A DNA stretch of 44,986 bases from Calditrichaceae bacterium (GTDB lineage: Bacteria; Calditrichota; Calditrichia; Calditrichales; JBFXGD01): contig JBFXGD010000009.1 in assembly GCA_050178385.1 (NCBI GenBank), positions 1 to 44,986 on the forward strand, read 5' to 3'. Numbering within the stretch: position 1 is the first letter of the stretch; each line of letters begins with the position of its first letter. Shown piece after piece: positions 40,126 to 44,986 of this stretch. The translations under genes were made by a program, and so were the position numbers. The notes under the pieces are model-generated. The model saw only the letters and a list, made by a program, of their open reading frames with translations, ran no database searches and was not told where the DNA came from.

Positions 40126-40223
40126 CATTGCTTTTATGAAAAATGTTATTTGATATGGGAAATATGTATAATTTGAGCTTTAAATTTGATATTAAAAGAA
40201 AAAATATATTAAAAAATCATACT

Positions 40224-40257
40224 GAAGTGCACTCCGTTATTGGGGTGCACTTTTTTT
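40224..40257 (+). terminator. Terminator-like hairpin downstream of the tRNA and directly upstream of the zinc-ribbon gene SD
   Basis: GAAGTGCACTCCG-ttat-TGGGGTGCACTTT followed by a T run. Confidence 0.7.
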
Positions 40258-40279
40258 ATTTATAATAGGAGGTTTTAGA

Positions 40280-40993
40280 GTGCAGAAAACTTTATATGCT
40301 TTAATTGAACTGCAAGAAGTTGATAATCGTCTGGATGAATTGCAGGCTGAGCGTGGAGACCTGCCTCTTATAGTAGAGGATCTTGAAAGAAAAATAAATG
40401 ATAAAAACACAGATTTAAAAAGTTTTCAGACAGAATTGAAGGGTTTACGATTGCGGGTAGGTGAACTCAACGCGCTTACAAATGATTCAAAAGAAAAAGC
40501 AAAAAAATATGAAGAGCAGCTTTACAAGGTTAAAACGAATAAGGAATATGATGCCATTACTGCAGAGACGGAGTCTGTAAAAAAAGTTCTTGGTGAAAGT
40601 GAAGATGAATTACTCGAAATTACGATGAAAATGGAACAAATCGATAAACAAGTCGCTGAAATAGAAGAAGAACTTGCGAAATTAAATGCCGAACTGGAAA
40701 CAAACAGTATTGAACTTAATGCGAAAATGAGTGAAACCGCTGAAGAAGAAAATATGCTGAGTCATGAGCGTGAAATAATTGTTAAGAAATCAAGCACGGA
40801 AATTATTAAGTCATATGAAATTATCAGAGACGCCCGTGACGGAATGGGTATTGCGCGTATTGTAAACGACGTTTGCGGCGGATGTTATTCATATATTCCT
40901 CCTCAGAAGGTCGTGGAAGTAAAGAAGATGAAAAAAATATATACCTGTGAGTTTTGTGGGCGCATCCTCGTCTGGGATGAATCAAATTCTTGA
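40280..40993 (+). CDS. Coiled-coil protein with C4-type zinc ribbon (DUF164/CT398-like)
   Basis: LIELQEVD, long coiled coil with KTNKEYDA, CGGCY..CEFCGRIL. SD AGGAGG before GTG. Confidence 0.92.
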   Translation: MQKTLYALIELQEVDNRLDELQAERGDLPLIVEDLERKINDKNTDLKSFQTELKGLRLRVGELNALTNDSKEKAKKYEEQLYKVKTNKEYDAITAETESVKKVLGESEDELLEITMKMEQIDKQVAEIEEELAKLNAELETNSIELNAKMSETAEEENMLSHEREIIVKKSSTEIIKSYEIIRDARDGMGIARIVNDVCGGCYSYIPPQKVVEVKKMKKIYTCEFCGRILVWDESNS

Positions 40994-41015
40994 AAAAAAA
41001 TAATTAAATAAAAAC

Positions 41016-41441
41016 AGACTCAATGCGGGTCAGGTAGTCGCCCTGATTGATAAATCGGGGAGGAAAGTCCGAACATCAAAGGGCAGGATTTTCTGAGAAA
41101 TCAGGAACGGCATTTAAACGCTGATGGAAAGTGTCACAGAAAAAATACCGCCCCGGTAAGCCGGGGTAAGGGTGAAAAGGCGAGGTAAGAGCTCACCACT
41201 TTGTTCCCGCGGGAACGTCTCACAGAGACGCCTTCTTGGCAAAGGTAGGACAAACCCAATCCGATGCAAGACCAAATAAAGAAGAATTTCGTCCAGAATG
41301 CGTATAGCCCGTTACGCGTGCGAATCTTTCGCATATTCTTCAGGGTAGGTCGCATAAGTTAACCGGCAATGGTTAATTAAGATAAATGGCTACCACTTCC
41401 GCAGGAAGACAGAATTCGGCTTATCGATCCGCAGAGAGTCT
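41016..41441 (+). ncRNA. rnpB: Ribonuclease P RNA, bacterial type A
   Basis: GAGGAAAGTCC, ACAGAAA, GGGTGAAA..GGTAAGAG, AAACCC..GCAAG, GGGTAGG, AGATAAATG, ACAGAATTCGGCTTA. P1 pairing AGACTC..TGCGGGTC / GATCCGCA..GAGTCT. Confidence 0.97.
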
Positions 41442-41462
41442 CTTCTTTTAAAATATGGAGCG

Positions 41463-43169
41463 ATGATGCTTTATCAATGGGAATTCGCAGATATTAAGGA
41501 TGAAGCAGAAATAGCTCGATTGACAAATGATTTTGACATCCATCCTATTATCGCTCAAATCCTTCTGGACAGGAATCTTGATACTCAATCAAAAATTGAA
41601 AATTTTTTCCAGCCAAAGCTAGAAAATCTTCTTGATCCTTTTCTGATGCTCCACATGGAGAAGGCTGTCAACCGGGTAATACGGGCGCTTTCGGATGGTG
41701 AGCAGATCCTTGTTTACGGGGATTATGATGTTGATGGGGTTACCGGAGTCGCGATACTTTATAATGTACTTTTTAATCTGGGCGGCAAAGTCTCCTTTTT
41801 TATACCCGATCGTTTTAATGATGGCTATGGTGTTTCGAAAAAAGGAATAAATGTTGCAAATTCAAGAAAAAGTTCATTAATTATAACGGTTGATTGCGGG
41901 ATAACAGCTGTAGAAGAAATATCCTATGCAAATGAAATGGGCATTGATGTGATTGTGTGTGACCATCATGAGCCAGGTCCGGAAATTCCTGATGCATTTG
42001 CTATTCTTGATCCAAAATTGAAAGAATCACCATATCCGTTCAGAGATTTGGCCGGATGCGGTGTCGCATTCAAATTTATGCAGGGATTGGTCAATAAACT
42101 TGGATATACCGGGGAAATTGTAAATGAATATCTGGATTTAATTGCACTCGGAACATCTGCGGATATAGTTCCTCTTGTTGATGAAAACCGGATACTTGTC
42201 CACCATGGACTGAATCAGATAAATCAATCTCCGCGGAATGGATTATTCGCCATACTGGAAATTCTAGGATTGACGGATCATGACCTTACTGTCAGTACTA
42301 TTGTCTTTGTGCTGGCGCCCAGGCTGAATGCGGTAGGCCGAATGTCAAATGCAAAAAAGGCTGTACATTTATTAAGCAGCAAGAGTCTGCAGCAGAGCCG
42401 GAATATTGCAAGAATTTTAGAAAATGAGAATAAAGCAAGAAAAAACATCGATGAAATAACATTCAGAGAAGCTGATTCATACGTTGAAAATAATATTGAT
42501 CTGAGTTCGAAGCGTGTGTTGGTTTTAGCTAAAGATGACTGGCATCCCGGTGTAATCGGAATCGTCGCTTCCCGTTTGATGGAAAAATATAGCAGACCGA
42601 CCGTGCTGATCTCCATACAAGACGGTATGGGGCGAGGATCCGCCCGCTCGGCTCATAATTTTGATATTTATGAAGCTTTCAGAAAGTTAAGCTACCTTCT
42701 GGAGAATTATGGAGGACACAAATTCGCGGCAGGGATGAACATTGTTTCGGAGAATATCCCTGAGTTTGATAAACTGATCAATGAATTGGCCCTGCAGGAA
42801 ATTGAAGTCCATGAAATGGTCTCAAAAATAAAAATTGATGCCAGGGTAACACTAGATCAATTTGATGCTAATTTTTTAAACGGGTTAAAATCTTTGGCTC
42901 CCTTCGGACCCAGTAATATGCGTCCTGTATTTGTAACGGACAATCTACAGATATACGGAAATGTGACCAAAGTCGGGAATAATCATCTTAAGGTGAAATT
43001 TAAGCAAAATGGCGTCGTTATAGATGCAATCGGTTATAACCTGGGTGAATCTGTTCCAATGCTTAGAGAAACAGATCTCAGGTTACGTTGCGCGTATGTA
43101 CTGGAAGAAAATAAATGGAACGGACAAACCACTATTCAAATGAGAATTAAGGATTTTGAGGTACAATAA
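41463..43169 (+). CDS. recJ: Single-stranded-DNA-specific exonuclease RecJ
   Basis: YGDYDVDG, PDRFNDGYG, TVDCG, DHH, PRLNAVGR, WHPGVIGIVASR, GSARS, GGHKFAAG, PFGPSN. Confidence 0.97.
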   Translation: MMLYQWEFADIKDEAEIARLTNDFDIHPIIAQILLDRNLDTQSKIENFFQPKLENLLDPFLMLHMEKAVNRVIRALSDGEQILVYGDYDVDGVTGVAILYNVLFNLGGKVSFFIPDRFNDGYGVSKKGINVANSRKSSLIITVDCGITAVEEISYANEMGIDVIVCDHHEPGPEIPDAFAILDPKLKESPYPFRDLAGCGVAFKFMQGLVNKLGYTGEIVNEYLDLIALGTSADIVPLVDENRILVHHGLNQINQSPRNGLFAILEILGLTDHDLTVSTIVFVLAPRLNAVGRMSNAKKAVHLLSSKSLQQSRNIARILENENKARKNIDEITFREADSYVENNIDLSSKRVLVLAKDDWHPGVIGIVASRLMEKYSRPTVLISIQDGMGRGSARSAHNFDIYEAFRKLSYLLENYGGHKFAAGMNIVSENIPEFDKLINELALQEIEVHEMVSKIKIDARVTLDQFDANFLNGLKSLAPFGPSNMRPVFVTDNLQIYGNVTKVGNNHLKVKFKQNGVVIDAIGYNLGESVPMLRETDLRLRCAYVLEENKWNGQTTIQMRIKDFEVQ

Positions 43170-43172
43170 ACA

Positions 43173-44024
43173 ATGACTGAAAATGATAATAATCTTTCAA
43201 TATTTGAACAGCTCAAAAATATTCGTCTTGAGCAGAAAATTGATTTAAACGATGTTGCGAAAAAAAGCCGTATTCAGGTAAAATATCTTGAGGCGATAGA
43301 AGCCGGCGAGATTGAACAAATTCCGGAAGTATATGATAAACTTTTTTTTCAAACTTATCTGTCTTTTCTGAGTCTTGAGAATCCGCAATCTTTCCTGGAT
43401 GAGTATCAAAAGCTAAGGAAGCAATCACGTAATTCTCCCCCAACGACGACCATAAGGAAAATTGCCACATCGGCTGTTGAATCTGAAGGGATGTTTAGCC
43501 TAAAGAAAATACTTTTTGTTTTGCCGGTGGTTGTGCTGGTTTTTATCATCGCATTCATGGCATTTCACTCTGAAAAAGTTGAAACGGCTGATTCCAAAAC
43601 GGTAAAAGAGCTTTCCGTGCGGGATGTAGTCAATGAAATAGAAGCAAAAAATACGGCGGTAACTGATACCACCGTTGCGCCGGCTGAAGGAAAACCGGTA
43701 AAATCAGCATCAGAAAGCGTGCGGGTTAAACTGAACGTGACCGAGCTTACCTGGCTGCGTTTTATCAAGGATAAGTCAGATACGACAGAATACACGCTTA
43801 CCTCCGGAAATATACTGAACATCAGCGCAGACTCCACTCTGGTATTTATTGTTGGCAACGCGGGGGGCGTGAATTTTACTATAAACGGGAAAAATGAAGG
43901 TGTTTTGGGTAAATCTGCAGAAGTAATAATGTATTTGAAAATTACAAATAAGGGTATTGTGGACAAAAGAATGAAACAGGTTGCCAAAAAGGAAGTGATA
44001 AGTGATTCGCTTGTTGTCAATTAG
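43173..44024 (+). CDS. RodZ-like protein (HTH - TM - DUF4115)
   Basis: LKNIRLEQKIDLNDVAKKSRIQVKYLEAIEAG HTH, single TM helix, C-terminal TWLRF..VGNAGGVNFTING. Confidence 0.88.
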   Translation: MTENDNNLSIFEQLKNIRLEQKIDLNDVAKKSRIQVKYLEAIEAGEIEQIPEVYDKLFFQTYLSFLSLENPQSFLDEYQKLRKQSRNSPPTTTIRKIATSAVESEGMFSLKKILFVLPVVVLVFIIAFMAFHSEKVETADSKTVKELSVRDVVNEIEAKNTAVTDTTVAPAEGKPVKSASESVRVKLNVTELTWLRFIKDKSDTTEYTLTSGNILNISADSTLVFIVGNAGGVNFTINGKNEGVLGKSAEVIMYLKITNKGIVDKRMKQVAKKEVISDSLVVN

Positions 44025-44520
44025 TCTAATGGTAATGTCTGTATTATATAGCTGTAACACGGCATCTATGACTAAATTAAGCACAAAAAAAATTGTGCGG
44101 AATGACATGGAAATGTTATACGGCCAATGTTCGATGGAACAAATATATTTCGATTATCCCGAATGGGAACTACGAGAAAAAAATTATAACCCGGATGAAA
44201 GTACAATTAATGAATTAAAAATGGCATCGGGGAATTATGAGATCAATATCTTCATTGGCACATGGTGCAGTGACAGCGAAAGAGAAGTACCAAGATTTCA
44301 CAAAATCCTGAAAAATTCATTTCTCGATAAAAAAATAAAAATGAAAATCTGGGCTGTCGACCGAAAGAAAAAATTGGAAAATGATTTGCCGGAAAAGTTT
44401 GACATAAAACGGGTTCCTACATTTATAATCATCAGGGACGGAAAAGAAATCGGCCGCATTATAGAATCGCCGGCCGATACTTTGGAAAAGGACTTTCTGC
44501 AAATATTAAAACAAATCTAA
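44002..44520 (+). CDS. Thioredoxin-family lipoprotein (WCSDS active site)
   Basis: Lipobox-like VLYSC, GTWCSDSEREVP, RVPTFI..GKEIGRIIE. Confidence 0.88.
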   Translation: MIRLLSISLMVMSVLYSCNTASMTKLSTKKIVRNDMEMLYGQCSMEQIYFDYPEWELREKNYNPDESTINELKMASGNYEINIFIGTWCSDSEREVPRFHKILKNSFLDKKIKMKIWAVDRKKKLENDLPEKFDIKRVPTFIIIRDGKEIGRIIESPADTLEKDFLQILKQI

Positions 44521-44641
44521 AAAGACGTTGAAGGGTCGATAATTATTTTGATTTGTTAGAAAAACAAAATCAGATTATTATTCTAATAACGAATAAATAA
44601 GTTTCAGGATTTCGGGTTATTAATAATATAGAGGCAGGAAA

Positions 44642-44941
44642 ATGGGGAAAAAAAACATAAGAAAACAGCAGACCAAAAAACAACAATATGAGTCTATGAG
44701 TGAAAGGGAAGATATAACCAGACCGGAAGTTGAAAAGCTCTATAAAAATATCATACGAATAATGAGCTGGATTGTCGGGTTTTGTTTTATAATGATTATC
44801 ATTCTTCCTGAATTTAATTCCATTTTGCTGGATAAGATCACAAAAATCTTATTTTATATAGGGATTATTAATTTGCTGGTTTTCACAGTGATAGAGTTTG
44901 TAAGTAACAGTTTTAAGAAGACATTAAGTAAATTAGTGTAA
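44642..44941 (+). CDS. Small hypothetical membrane protein with two TM helices
   Basis: SD-like GAGG/AGGA upstream, basic N-terminus and two hydrophobic segments. Confidence 0.75.
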   Translation: MGKKNIRKQQTKKQQYESMSEREDITRPEVEKLYKNIIRIMSWIVGFCFIMIIILPEFNSILLDKITKILFYIGIINLLVFTVIEFVSNSFKKTLSKLV

Positions 44942-44947
44942 AATTAT

Positions 44948-44986
44948 ATGACCCATAATATTTTACTTATTGACGATGACCCGGAT
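44948..44986 (+). CDS. Start of a receiver-domain protein (3'-truncated by window edge)
   Basis: ATG 44948 reads MTHNILLIDDDPD, a typical REC beta-1 strand plus acidic pocket; 6 nt after the previous stop. Confidence 0.75.
   Translation, partial: MTHNILLIDDDPD

Noticed and set aside
13175..40993. Selenocysteine or genome-wide stop-codon recoding
   Set aside because: TGA- and TAG-terminated genes end at the expected family C-termini, and no redox motif is interrupted by TGA.
41134..41355. 73-aa minus-strand ORF
   Set aside because: It lies entirely within the RNase P RNA gene.

Overview
This is a gene-dense bacterial chromosome window, almost all on the + strand, and mostly housekeeping. 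It probably comes from an FCB-affiliated lineage such as Calditrichota or a relative. That is an inference from the LpxC-FabZ fusion, RNase Y, DUF4954 and DUF6588-like proteins, Shine-Dalgarno use and a type A RNase P RNA that keeps P18. In order it holds: a 5'-truncated CRP/FNR regulator, a hybrid histidine kinase, TauE and OPT transporters, a small membrane protein with two cNMP-binding/DUF4388 proteins, a minus-strand DUF4954-LOG pair, tgt-yajC-fmt, a REC-HD-GYP protein, dodecin, ferredoxin, a divergent RNase Y, iscA, def, pepA and a FadF/HdrD-like oxidoreductase. An envelope cluster follows (tamB-like, bamA, skp, lpxD, lpxC-fabZ, lpxA, LipM-like ligase, two beta-barrel proteins, rseP). The window ends with a 740-aa orphan, tRNA-Ile2(CAT), a zinc-ribbon protein, rnpB, recJ, a rodZ-like gene, a thioredoxin lipoprotein, a small membrane protein and the start of a response regulator. 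I saw no CRISPR array, transposase, integrase or prophage. The best novelty candidates are (i) the cNMP-DUF4388 signalling operon, whose two genes are in frame and separated by a single TAG, (ii) an RNase P RNA whose P14 appears replaced by a four-way junction, (iii) the divergent stand-alone RNase Y and (iv) the 740-aa orphan. All family calls are from motif recognition by eye; no searches or folding programs were run.
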